Shown here piece after piece: positions 26,971 to 36,037 of a stretch of DNA of 64,000 nucleotides; the first letter of the stretch is position 1; each line of letters begins with the position of its first letter. The DNA is taken from assembly GCA_965602785.1 (NCBI GenBank), contig CBFDAH010000001.1:633-64632 (forward strand), written 5' to 3'. The notes beneath the pieces were generated by a model. The model saw nothing but the letters and a program-made list of their open reading frames with translations, was not told where the DNA came from and did not search any database. Both the position numbers and the translations under genes were made by a program. Origin of the DNA: an uncultured Syntrophobacterales bacterium. Lineage in GTDB: Bacteria; Desulfobacterota; Desulfobaccia; Desulfobaccales; 0-14-0-80-60-11.

Positions 26971-26977
26971 AACCAAC

Positions 26978-27544
26978 TCACCTCCCCAACTTCAAGAAAT
27001 TCGCCGTCAGTTCGTAGCCGTAGCTGGTTAGAAAAGATTCCGGGTGAAACTGCACCCCATGGAGGGGGTAGTGCTGGTGGCTCAGGCCCATGACCACCCC
27101 GTCTGTGGTCCAGGCAGTGATCTCCAGCTCCGGGGAGTTAGGCACGGCAATGAGGGAGTGGTAGCGGGCCCCCCAGAAGGGAGACGGGAGGCCGGCAAAG
27201 ATGGCTCGCCCTTTGTGGTAGACCGGGTAGCGCTTGCCGTGCACCGGCAGGGGTGCTCTTTCCGTCACGCCGCCGAAGACCTCATTTAAGGCCTGCTGTC
27301 CCAGGCACACCCCCAGGATGGGGATGTCCCGGTGGAAGCGGGCGATCACCTCTTTGCTGATGCCGGCCTGGGCCGGGGCCTTGGGCCCCGGAGAGATGCA
27401 GAGCCAGCGGGGCTTCAAGGCTTCAATCTCGGAGAGGCTCACGGCGTCGTGGCGATAGACCTGGACCTCCAGGTCGAACTCATAGAAAAGTTGAGCCAGA
27501 TTATAAGTGAAGGAATCGTAATTGTCGATCATCACCAGGCGCAT
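26978..27544 (-). CDS. pabA: glutamine amidotransferase component II of aminodeoxychorismate/anthranilate synthase
   Basis: MRLVMIDNYDSFTYNL, nucleophile motif ILGVCLGQQAL, C-terminal HGVQFHPES. Confidence 0.85.
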   Translation of the reverse strand: MRLVMIDNYDSFTYNLAQLFYEFDLEVQVYRHDAVSLSEIEALKPRWLCISPGPKAPAQAGISKEVIARFHRDIPILGVCLGQQALNEVFGGVTERAPLPVHGKRYPVYHKGRAIFAGLPSPFWGARYHSLIAVPNSPELEITAWTTDGVVMGLSHQHYPLHGVQFHPESFLTSYGYELTANFLKLGR

Positions 27545-27673
27545 ACCTACTCCCAAAGAAAAAGACCACCCAGGGAGCCTGGGTGGCCTCGCGGGCCTGA
27601 CATAACTCCATATTCATTACTAAATCACTGGCCGGCAGAATGTCAAGCATTTTCCGGCCGGGGTTACTGCCTC

Positions 27674-28081
27674 TCAGTGGGTGTTGGAGGTCTCGGGCTG
27701 GTCTGCTGGGGGCCTGAGGCGCACGAAGTAGATGGTGCCGAAGGCCCGGCCTCCAATCCGGTGTGTCAAAGTGTTGTAAAGGCCCAAAAAAGCATCGTCG
27801 TAGTCCACTCCGGGGCTTAACGTCAGGGCCTGGTCCCAGTCTCCGCCGCTGGCCTGCACCAGGGTCTGGAGGAGGACGGCGCCACCGTTCCTGGCGGTGG
27901 GGTCCACCGCAAAGTGGGCGCCGCAGGTGCAGACGCCGCCGTCGAACTCAAACCACATTCCGTCCAGCTCCTCCGGCCGCTCAATACGCTGGCGGCAGAA
28001 GGGGCAAACCGGCGGCACGGCGCGGTCTCGGTGAGACATATTCAGCAAAGGACTGTCTCCTTTTCTTAAGGAAAGAGGCAT
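27674..28081 (-). CDS. hypothetical zinc-ribbon protein
   Basis: CPFC...CTC(G)AH cysteine/histidine pattern near the N-terminus. Start uncertain (TTG 28090, ATG 28081 or ATG 28039). Divergent from the small-ORF pair. Confidence 0.4.
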   Translation of the reverse strand: MPLSLRKGDSPLLNMSHRDRAVPPVCPFCRQRIERPEELDGMWFEFDGGVCTCGAHFAVDPTARNGGAVLLQTLVQASGGDWDQALTLSPGVDYDDAFLGLYNTLTHRIGGRAFGTIYFVRLRPPADQPETSNTH

Positions 28082-28257
28082 GGGCCGCAAGTCACAGTGG
28101 GGAGTCTTCCCGGCTTCCCCCCGCTGGTTGGCCCCAAGGGTAGCGTTAAAGATATTATCGCGGTTTTTTTCCAGGGAGGCAATCTCCCCCTTTCTATTGA
28201 CACCCCACCGTGCGGTAGTTAAATTTGAATTAGTTTCGCCCGATAGGAGGTTTACTC

Positions 28258-28416
28258 ATGGCTAAAGTGACCGTTACCTTCAGCGATGCCGATCAGCAGA
28301 AGATCGAGGGGATTGTGATTGACAAGGACGAGGATGAAGCCCTGAAATACGTGGCGGATATCTTGGACAAGATCAAGGAGCACCCCGGCCACGCCTGCGG
28401 CCCGAAGGTAGTGTAA
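28258..28416 (+). CDS. small protein (52 aa) ending in ...KEHPGHACGPKVV; paralog 1
   Basis: Not in the ORF track (<60 aa). AGGAGG RBS 6-7 nt upstream of ATG 28258. MAKVTVTFSDADQQKIEGIVIDKDEDEALKYVADILDKIKEHPGHACGPKVV. Confidence 0.6.
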   Translation: MAKVTVTFSDADQQKIEGIVIDKDEDEALKYVADILDKIKEHPGHACGPKVV

Positions 28417-28502
28417 CCAGAGTTTTTACGGTTCCTTCAGACCCGACCAGATCATAATACATACTCAACTCCTCTCAGGAAACAGGTCATAGGAGAGTAA
28501 CC

Positions 28503-28664
28503 ATGGCGGATAAACAGATTATCTTCGAGGATCAGGACCAGCAGTACATTGAGGGCATCGCCCTCGACCGGGACAAGGAAGAGGCTCTGAAATTCCTCAA
28601 AGAACTGGTGGAGCGTTTCAAGGGGCACCCCGGCCACGCCTGTGGCTTCAGGTCTTTTAAATAA
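28503..28664 (+). CDS. small protein (53 aa) ending in ...KGHPGHACGFRSFK; paralog 2
   Basis: Not in the ORF track. GGAGAG RBS. MADKQIIFEDQDQQYIEGIALDRDKEEALKFLKELVERFKGHPGHACGFRSFK aligns along its whole length with paralog 1. Confidence 0.6.
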   Translation: MADKQIIFEDQDQQYIEGIALDRDKEEALKFLKELVERFKGHPGHACGFRSFK

Positions 28665-28701
28665 TCAACCCCCTAACGCTTACCGTCAGTTGGGAGAAGG
28701 C

Positions 28702-29334
28702 ATGGGAAGGCTGGCCCTGGTCGCGGATACACACACATACCAGGCCGGACTTCCTGTGCTTTTGTCGTTTTTTATGCGCCACGGGCTGACCCGTCTGGCC
28801 TGCCTGGGGGACTGCGACCCGGAACCCTTTCGTCCCTGGCTGGCAAACAATCCTCAGCACCAACTCCACTGGGTCTATGATTTTTACGGTCCGGAGATGC
28901 CGGAGGCCACCGGCTCGGCCATGGCTCTGGAACTCCCCGGCAATGTCTTCATCGCCCACACCCGAGCTCTGTTGTGGACCCATTTCAAAGGCAGGATCGG
29001 CGCCTACCTGGAGGAACGGCCCTCGGGCCGACCGCCTATGCTTCTCTGCCACGGTCACACCCACGTGCCCAGCCTGACCCACTTTCGCCCCCCGGTTTAC
29101 CGCCTCCTGTACATCAACGACGCGGTCAGGCCCCAGGAGTTTCGCCCCCGCCAGGCCTGCATTGAGCTCGAAGCTGACACGGCCTACCTTATCGTCCCCG
29201 GGGCCTTTACCATGGAAGAGAGGCGCTATCCCACCTTCAGCTTTGCGGTCCTGGACCTGGATACGGCGCGGGTGGCCATGGTGTCCCTCCGTGATCTTGC
29301 GCCTCTGGAGTCTCTGGAACTTTTTCCGTCCTGA
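28702..29334 (+). CDS. metallophosphoesterase (calcineurin-like)
   Basis: Start moved to ATG 28702 (GGGAGAAGG RBS). Motifs LVADTH, CLGDC, LLCHGHTH. Confidence 0.7.
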   Translation: MGRLALVADTHTYQAGLPVLLSFFMRHGLTRLACLGDCDPEPFRPWLANNPQHQLHWVYDFYGPEMPEATGSAMALELPGNVFIAHTRALLWTHFKGRIGAYLEERPSGRPPMLLCHGHTHVPSLTHFRPPVYRLLYINDAVRPQEFRPRQACIELEADTAYLIVPGAFTMEERRYPTFSFAVLDLDTARVAMVSLRDLAPLESLELFPS

Positions 29335-29454
29335 AGGCCTGACCGTTAACGCCTGCCAACCACTGCGCCGGGAAAAACCTTAAATGGGGTCGGGGGGGAT
29401 TGTGCCTGTGGGGAGCAGCAAAGGAGTGGATTTTTAAAGAATTAGGTTCCTTGA

Positions 29455-30009
29455 TTAGAGAAGCTCACACAAAATAGCTGGTGATTCCGGAATCAGTCTG
29501 ATGGCGCCGTCCCTGAGGGCCGCCAGCACCAGTTCGTCCGTGGGGAAAGCCAGAGGCCCAGGGGACTCGAACAACTGGAAAAAGCCCACCTTATCCAGGT
29601 CATCGGCGGGCTTGAGAATCCCGCTTATCACCTGCCCGGCGAACCATATCCCCACGGTAAGGCGCTCTGTATCGTGGAAATTGGAGTGCACGGCCAGAAC
29701 CGGGCCGAGGTCCACGATGAGGCCGGTTTCCTCCTGAAACTCCCGTATGGCGGCGGCGCGCACCTCCTCCCCCCATTCCACGTAGCCGCAGGGAATGCAC
29801 CAGTGCCCGGCATAGCGCCCGGATTTTCGCCGGCCCCAGAGAATTTCCTGTCCCCGGCGCACCACCACAGCCACCCCTACGGCGGGGTTCACATAGAAAG
29901 TTTCACGGCACTCCCGGCAAACAAGACGCGGCTGGCCGTCTCTGACCTCAAAGGCCAACGAACCGCCGCAGCAGGGACAGAAGCGATAGCGGGACAGCGT
30001 ACAGGACAT
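29455..30009 (-). CDS. NUDIX hydrolase with N-terminal zinc ribbon
   Basis: CPCCG...CRECRE zinc ribbon. Nudix box GYVEWGEEVRAAAIREFQEETGL. Confidence 0.85.
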   Translation of the reverse strand: MSCTLSRYRFCPCCGGSLAFEVRDGQPRLVCRECRETFYVNPAVGVAVVVRRGQEILWGRRKSGRYAGHWCIPCGYVEWGEEVRAAAIREFQEETGLIVDLGPVLAVHSNFHDTERLTVGIWFAGQVISGILKPADDLDKVGFFQLFESPGPLAFPTDELVLAALRDGAIRLIPESPAILCELL

Positions 30010-30033
30010 GGCGAGGGTTACTCTCCTAAAGGT

Positions 30034-30354
30034 TCAGGTGAGGTGCAGAAAGACGCTTTCCAGATGATATTCGCACATCAGGAGCAGTTCTTTCCGGCTT
30101 TCGGTGGCAAAAGTTTTCAAGGGGAACTCTTCGCCGGGGAACCAATCTATGGAAAAGGAGAGGCCGTCCGTGGTTTGGGTAATGGTGAGATGACTTTCCT
30201 CGGCGTCTATCAGAGGAAAGAGGAGGTAAATGGTAAAGGATACTGAGCCGGCGGTGGGTTGCTGCCGGTCTTTTTTGCCTTTCCAGATTTCGAATTTTTC
30301 TTGAACGAATCCGGACAGCCAGTAAACCGTAATGAATTCCCAGTTGTCAAGCAC
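30034..30354 (-). CDS. hypothetical protein
   Basis: 106-aa ORF on the same strand as its neighbours. No motif. Confidence 0.35.
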   Translation of the reverse strand: MLDNWEFITVYWLSGFVQEKFEIWKGKKDRQQPTAGSVSFTIYLLFPLIDAEESHLTITQTTDGLSFSIDWFPGEEFPLKTFATESRKELLLMCEYHLESVFLHLT

Positions 30355-30394
30355 AGCCGGCCCCGCTCCCGTGGCAGTGCGCTAGTTTCCGGAA

Positions 30395-31126
30395 TTACTT
30401 GCCCCTAAGGGCCGCCTGGGCCATCTTGCGGCGGACAAAGGCCAACTGGCCCTGAAGAGGAATCTCCATGGGACAAAGGTCGTCGCAAGCCATGAGGCCG
30501 ATGCAGCCGAAGACGCCCTCGTCGGTGCCCACCACGTCGAAAACCTGAAAGGGGGAACGCTCGTCCCGGGGGTCTATGAGGAAGCGGGCCACCCGGTTTA
30601 ATCCGGCCGCGCCCAGGAAGTCTTCCCGAATGTTGGCGGTGGCGCAAGCGGCGATGCAGCAGCCGCACTCGATACAGCGTTCGGCCTCGTAAATCTCGAG
30701 GGCCGTGGGGTTTTCCATGCGCTTTTCGAGGCTCTTGGGGTCGAAAACCTTGTCGGTGTGGATCCAGGCCCCGATGTTGACGTTGAGGTAGCGGAACCAG
30801 ACGCCGGTATCCACGGAGAGGTCACCAACCAGCCTGAAGACGGGCAACGGCATGAGGGTGATCATGTCGGGGAGGTCCTGGGTCAGGGTCTTGCAAGCCA
30901 GTCCGGGGCGGCCGTTAATGAGCATGGCGCAGGAACCGCACACCGCGGCGCGGCAGACAAAGTCGAACATGAGGGAGGGGTCCTGCTCTTCCCGGATGCG
31001 GTTCAGGACAATGAAGAGACTCATGTTGGGAGTTTCGTCGATCTGGAACTCCTGCATACTGGGCGGAATTTCCGGGGTAGCCGGGTTGTAGCGAAAAACT
31101 TCCACGGTGAGAATGCGGTCAGGCAT
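30395..31126 (-). CDS. sdhB: succinate dehydrogenase / fumarate reductase iron-sulfur subunit
   Basis: Cluster ligands CRAAVCGSCAMLINGRPGLAC, CIECGCCIAAC, CIGLMACDDLCP. Confidence 0.9.
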   Translation of the reverse strand: MPDRILTVEVFRYNPATPEIPPSMQEFQIDETPNMSLFIVLNRIREEQDPSLMFDFVCRAAVCGSCAMLINGRPGLACKTLTQDLPDMITLMPLPVFRLVGDLSVDTGVWFRYLNVNIGAWIHTDKVFDPKSLEKRMENPTALEIYEAERCIECGCCIAACATANIREDFLGAAGLNRVARFLIDPRDERSPFQVFDVVGTDEGVFGCIGLMACDDLCPMEIPLQGQLAFVRRKMAQAALRGK

Positions 31127-31157
31127 TTGTCCGTCCTCAGGTATTGTGCTGGAGATT

Positions 31158-31316
31158 GGGGGAGGGGGGTTCCCCCACGGGCTGGAAGCCCGTGCTACCG
31201 GGGCCGTGGGCCCTTACCCCCTCCCTCAAACTCCCTCTCCCAACCCCTTACCTTAATGGGGGTTGGGAGGGGGTTTGGGGGAGGGCGGGGGAACCGTGTT
31301 CACCCGGCCCTCCCCC
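31158..31316. repeat. composite G/C-tract inverted-repeat element (copy D) between sdhA and sdhB
   Basis: GGGGGAGGGGGG..[GGGCTGGAAGCCCGTGCTACC]..CCCTTACCCCCTCCC, CTCCCAACCCCTTACCTTAATGGGGGTTGGGAG, GGGGGAGGGCGGGGGAACCGTGTTCACCCGGCCCTCCCCC. Ends 4 nt from the sdhA stop. Confidence 0.85.
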
Positions 31317-31319
31317 AAG

Positions 31320-33143
31320 CTATCTCAACGAATCCCCCTGAATGGGCATGCTGCCGTAGCCGCGGTCACCCGGGGGCAGGTCAGTGATATTCACGTTTTC
31401 GTATTCCAGCCGGGGGAGGTCAGCCCCTTCGGGCCAATAGGCCAGGGTACGGTTGAGCCAGTTCTCATCGTCCCGACGGGGAAAGTCCTCCCGGTAGTGG
31501 CTGCCCCGACTCTCGGTGCGCTGCAGGGCCCCGTAGGAGATGCACAGGGCCAGGCGCATCATGCCGGGGAGGCGCAGGGCGGCGAACAACTCGGGGTTGG
31601 ACCCCAGGCCACTGCTGCGCAGTTTAATCTCAGAAGAGCGCCGGTAAAGGTCCTGGAGTGTGGCCACGGCCTCCTCAAGGTCCTCGCCGGTGCGAAAGAT
31701 GCCCACCTTATTGAGGAGGGTGTTTTCCATGGCTTTCCTGAGCTGGAAGACATCTTCACTGCCGGAGACGCGGCTGCGCAGGTTTTCAATTCTCTGTTCC
31801 TGAGCTTTGACCGCGTCAACCACCAGGGAAAAGGGAAACCTCAAGGACTGTTCCTGGGTGAAGGCCGCCACTTTTTCCCCCACTATCATGCCGGCCACGA
31901 TAGTCTCCGCCAGGGAGTTCCCGCCCAGGCGGTTGAAGCCGTGCATGTCCCAGCAGGCGGACTCTCCGGCGGCGAAGAGGCTCTTGAGCCCGCGAACGGC
32001 ACCATCTATGTTAGTACGCACGCCCCCCATGGAGTAATGCTGGGTGGGCCGCACGGGTATCAGCTCAGTGATGCAGTCGATGCCCAGGAAGTTTTCACAG
32101 ATGCTGTGCACTTCCCGGAGGTTGGTGCAGATATGAGCCTCACCGAGATGGCGAATGTCGAGCCAGAGGTGGGCGCCGTAGGGGCTGTCCACCCCGAAGC
32201 CCTGGCGCATGTGGTGTATCATCCAGCGGCTCACCACGTCCCGGCTGGCCACCTCTTTCTTGACGGGCTCGTAATCGGGCATAAAACGGTGGAGGTTCTT
32301 GTCCAGGAGATAGCCGCCGTCACCCCGGCAGCCCTCGGTGACCAGGATGTCACCCGGGACAATGCCGGTAGGGTGGAACTGCACGGCCTCCATGTTGCCC
32401 AGGGGGACGACCCCGGTGTCCAGGGCGATGGCCATGCCAGTCCCTTCGTTAATAACTGCGTTGGTGGAGGCGCCGTACATGCGGCCGTAGCCGCCGGTAG
32501 AAATGACCGTGGCCTTGGCTAAATAGGGACGGACCTGGCCGGTGCGGAGGCACATGGCCACCGCGCCATAGCAATTCTCACCGTCGTGGATGAGGCTGAT
32601 GGCCTCAGTGCGGTCGTGCACCGTGACCCCGAGCTTGACCACCACGGAGTCCATGGCGTACTGGAGGACGTGACCGGTACCGTCCGCCGCGAAGCAGGTG
32701 CGCCACTTGGCGGTACCGCCGAACTGACGCTGGGCGATGAGGCCGTCTTTTTCCTGGAGTTCCTCCACTTCCACACCATCGGGGAGGGTTCTCTTGCCGG
32801 GTACGACCCGAGACCAGGGCACACCCCAGGCGGCCATTTGACGCACGGCCACGGGGGCCATCTCCACGAAGAGACGGGCCACGTCCTGGTCGCAACCCCA
32901 GTCGGAGCCCTTCACCGTGTCTTCGAAGTGAATGTCAGAGTTGTCGCCATAGCCCATGGCCACGTTGCCGAGGGAAGCCTGCATGCCGCCCTGGGCGGCG
33001 GTGCTGTGGGAGCGGCGGGGCGGCACCAGGCTCAGGATGGTGACCTGGTGGCCGCTCATGGCGGCTTCGACGGCCACCCGTTCGCCGGCCAGACCGGCGC
33101 CGATGACCAGCACATCACAGATATGGGCGTCTGTCCACCTCAT
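31320..33143 (-). CDS. sdhA: succinate dehydrogenase / fumarate reductase flavoprotein subunit
   Basis: DVLVIGAGLAGERVA FAD motif, RSHSTAAQGG (covalent-FAD histidine region), RGSHYREDFP active-site region. Confidence 0.9.
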   Translation of the reverse strand: MRWTDAHICDVLVIGAGLAGERVAVEAAMSGHQVTILSLVPPRRSHSTAAQGGMQASLGNVAMGYGDNSDIHFEDTVKGSDWGCDQDVARLFVEMAPVAVRQMAAWGVPWSRVVPGKRTLPDGVEVEELQEKDGLIAQRQFGGTAKWRTCFAADGTGHVLQYAMDSVVVKLGVTVHDRTEAISLIHDGENCYGAVAMCLRTGQVRPYLAKATVISTGGYGRMYGASTNAVINEGTGMAIALDTGVVPLGNMEAVQFHPTGIVPGDILVTEGCRGDGGYLLDKNLHRFMPDYEPVKKEVASRDVVSRWMIHHMRQGFGVDSPYGAHLWLDIRHLGEAHICTNLREVHSICENFLGIDCITELIPVRPTQHYSMGGVRTNIDGAVRGLKSLFAAGESACWDMHGFNRLGGNSLAETIVAGMIVGEKVAAFTQEQSLRFPFSLVVDAVKAQEQRIENLRSRVSGSEDVFQLRKAMENTLLNKVGIFRTGEDLEEAVATLQDLYRRSSEIKLRSSGLGSNPELFAALRLPGMMRLALCISYGALQRTESRGSHYREDFPRRDDENWLNRTLAYWPEGADLPRLEYENVNITDLPPGDRGYGSMPIQGDSLR

Positions 33144-33784
33144 GAGAGACCTTTGAGTTTCAGGAAATAAAAAAATAAGAGGGCAATTAAGCCCAGGACG
33201 ACGAAAAACGCCGTGATATAGACCAAGTAGTTAGTGAAACGGGAGCGGTGCCACCAGCCCCATTTCACCAAAATGCGGTAGAGGCCCGCCATGGCGTGGA
33301 CCTCGGCCACCGCCAGGAGCAGGAGATAGAAGGAGAAGTAACCTCCCTGGACCCGAAGGGCGCTGGTTTTGGCCTCGATGGGCCAGGTGATTAGGGTGCT
33401 CCAGACGTGGATAGAAGCCAGAACGAGGACGGCGCCACCGGTGACAATCTGGACCACCCAGAGCCAGGTGTCCAGATGAGCCAGGCGCTTGGAGTGTTGA
33501 TAGACCACGTGGGCTTCCTGGAACTTCCAGGGGGCTTTGCGCATGGCCGCCAGTCCATGAACCAGGATGGCCAGGATGATCAGGGGAATGCCGATGTAAG
33601 ATAAATAGTACTCGTCAAGGACATGAGCATCCCGGTTAAAGGCGGTGGGCCCCAGGATGATGGAGGAGACCGCCAGGAGGTGAAACTGGAGGAAAACCAG
33701 GAGTAAAAGGCCCGTTCCCAGCTGCACCAGTTCCATGAGGGCTTCCCAGCGGGGGCTCTTGGCCATGGTTTTTTGGAGATACAC
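33140..33784 (-). CDS. sdhC: succinate dehydrogenase / fumarate reductase membrane anchor (single cytochrome b subunit, 5 TM)
   Basis: Polytopic protein with conserved His residues. 4-nt overlap with sdhA. The start could instead be the in-frame Met at 33766. Confidence 0.6.
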   Translation of the reverse strand: MYLQKTMAKSPRWEALMELVQLGTGLLLLVFLQFHLLAVSSIILGPTAFNRDAHVLDEYYLSYIGIPLIILAILVHGLAAMRKAPWKFQEAHVVYQHSKRLAHLDTWLWVVQIVTGGAVLVLASIHVWSTLITWPIEAKTSALRVQGGYFSFYLLLLAVAEVHAMAGLYRILVKWGWWHRSRFTNYLVYITAFFVVLGLIALLFFYFLKLKGLS

Positions 33785-34092
33785 AGGAACACCTTGCTTG
33801 TGAGGATTTAGTGAATTTTTCTACAAATAATAAACATACGCCGGGGGAGGGTTTTCGTCAAGAGGTTTGAGGGGAAATTTGTGGAGGCGGAAGGTAGGCC
33901 GAGGCGCCGAGGCAAAGAGCCCAGGGGAGACGCCTGTGCCACCAACTTCGTATTAGAGGAAAAAGCACCCGGTATCTTCTGAATGCAACTGTTTGAGGGC
34001 AACTTGGTGGGAGAGATTTTTGGGAGTATCTCAATACCATGGAAGCCATGAGAAAAAAAGGTGTTTGGATCAATACCCACGGGGACGACGGA

Positions 34093-34902
34093 TCAGGGGG
34101 ATGGCCCGAGGAAGTACAAAACCAGGATTACTGCGGCCAAGAGGAGGCGATAGGCGGCGAAGGGGTAAAAAGTGTGGCGCCGCAGGAAGCGGAGGAGGAA
34201 GCCGATGGCCAGGTAGCTGGATACCAGGGCGGCCAGGAAGCCCAGGAAGGCAGAGAGGAATGAGAGGTTTTCAGGGGGTTGTTTGAACCACTTGGAAAGG
34301 TCATAGAAGCCGGCTCCGGCGATGATGGGGGTGGCCAGGAGAAAAGAGAAGCGGGCGGCGGTTTCCCGGGTGAAGCCGAGGAACAGGCCGGTGGTCATGG
34401 TGATGCCGCTCCGGGACACGCCGGGCATGATGGCCAGGGCCTGAGACAGGCCGATGAGTATGGCGTCCCCCAGGTTCAGGTTGGTAAGGGGGCGGGTGTG
34501 GCGGGCCAGGCGCTCCGCCAGGATGAGGAGCAGACCCACGCCCCCGAGGAGGAGGGCGATGCGCCAGGGCTGCCGAAAGACGGTTTCGGCCTGGTGCTTC
34601 AAAAGGACCCCGGCTAGGGCGCCGGGGATGGAGGCAATGGCCAGGCAGATGAAGAGGCGGCGCTCCAGGCGGGTATAGGGGGAGGGTTTAAAGACGGCCC
34701 GGGCCATGCCCAGCCAGTCGGCCCGGAAATACACCAGGAGGGCAACCAGGCTGCCCACGTGCAAGAGAATGTCAAAGCTCAAGCCGCCGCCTTCCACCTG
34801 GAGGTAGTACTCCATGAGGGCCAGATGGCCGGAAGAGGAGATGGGGAAGAACTCGGTGAGGCCCTGGATAATTCCGAGGAGTATGGCAGTCAGGGGATGC
34901 AT
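34093..34902 (-). CDS. uppP: undecaprenyl-diphosphate phosphatase
   Basis: GLTEFFPISSSGHL and SRSGITMTTGL motifs of UppP/BacA. Confidence 0.9.
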   Translation of the reverse strand: MHPLTAILLGIIQGLTEFFPISSSGHLALMEYYLQVEGGGLSFDILLHVGSLVALLVYFRADWLGMARAVFKPSPYTRLERRLFICLAIASIPGALAGVLLKHQAETVFRQPWRIALLLGGVGLLLILAERLARHTRPLTNLNLGDAILIGLSQALAIMPGVSRSGITMTTGLFLGFTRETAARFSFLLATPIIAGAGFYDLSKWFKQPPENLSFLSAFLGFLAALVSSYLAIGFLLRFLRRHTFYPFAAYRLLLAAVILVLYFLGPSP

Positions 34903-35122
34903 CGAAGGGGAACTATATCACGAGAAGGCATGACAGGCAACGCGCCGGGGGAGATTCTTACCGGGGTCCGGGATGACAAGGCCCCCTGACAAGTTTTCTC
35001 CCCGCACCCAGCCCGGCGGGGGAAGAGGGGATGAGAGCCAGAGAACGTTTCATAGTAATAAAAGATTACCATCGTTGTCCAAGATGACGGGATAACGGTT
35101 TTCCAGTTCTCCTGCAGGAAGC

Positions 35123-36037
35123 TTACTTCTTTAAGCGGGCCGTGAGGGTGGAGGGGGAGACTTTCTCCAGGGTGAGGCCGGGGGGGACCTGAACCTGGAC
35201 TTTGAGGCGATGGCGCCCCGGGGAGAGGCCTTCGGTGTCCACGAACGCCTTCAGATTCTCCTTAGGTTTCAGGGCCTTGAACTTTGGCCAGGGCCCCAGG
35301 AGAGTGAGGGTGACCTTGGCAGGAGACAGCTGGGCCGGCAGGGGTTGGGATATTACCGGGATACTGAAAAAGGAGCGTCTGATGGTCTTGGGGCTGATGT
35401 CTACGTCGGCCAAAAGAGTGACCGGCCCGGTAAGCCTGATGGGGAGGTTTTTAAAGTCCAGGTCGGTGGCCAGGGTAATGGGACTAGTAAGGTTGGTAAC
35501 GTCCAACGGCACGGTGGTAAGGAACTTCAGGTTCTTAAGTTTTGAGACCGGACCCTTGACGGTGACCTTGCTGGGGCGGGTTTTGACGCTCTTCACTTCA
35601 TAGCCCTCGGGAGGACGCCCCAAAAACACGGGCTGCACGGGCAAGGTTCTGGTGAGCGTAGGAGTGAAGACGAGGATCAGGGGATTGGGCTGAACCCGGG
35701 TGACCTGGATGCCCCGGGGAAAGGAAAAACTCCCCACGCCCAGGGGAAAAGTGCGGCGGCCGGCCTTGACACCGGCGAGGTCCAGGGTGTGGGTGAGACG
35801 GCCCTGGGACAGGGAGCGGATAAGGCCTCTAGGACCCACTACCCGGACCTGGATGCTCGAGGGAACCTCGCTGGTGACCATGAGCTCGGGAGCCAGATTT
35901 GCCAGTTCCAGGGAGAGGTTCAGGTTGGTTTCGGTGCGCTCCTCTCCTCCCACGGCCAACCACAAGGCCACGGCAAGGAAAAGGGACAGGAGCTTTAAGG
36001 CCTTATGGCGTCCCAAAGAAGCGAGCCAAGCGTGCAA
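35123..36037 (-). CDS. YbbR-domain protein (CdaR-like regulator of diadenylate cyclase)
   Basis: N-terminal anchor plus repeated beta-rich YbbR-like modules. Overlaps the 3' end of cdaA. Confidence 0.65.
   Translation of the reverse strand: MHAWLASLGRHKALKLLSLFLAVALWLAVGGEERTETNLNLSLELANLAPELMVTSEVPSSIQVRVVGPRGLIRSLSQGRLTHTLDLAGVKAGRRTFPLGVGSFSFPRGIQVTRVQPNPLILVFTPTLTRTLPVQPVFLGRPPEGYEVKSVKTRPSKVTVKGPVSKLKNLKFLTTVPLDVTNLTSPITLATDLDFKNLPIRLTGPVTLLADVDISPKTIRRSFFSIPVISQPLPAQLSPAKVTLTLLGPWPKFKALKPKENLKAFVDTEGLSPGRHRLKVQVQVPPGLTLEKVSPSTLTARLKK

Noticed and set aside
28452-28637. 61-aa minus-strand ORF in the track.
   Set aside because: It is antisense to small paralog 2 (28503..28664). The plus-strand reading is supported by an RBS and by protein-level similarity to the neighbouring paralog.
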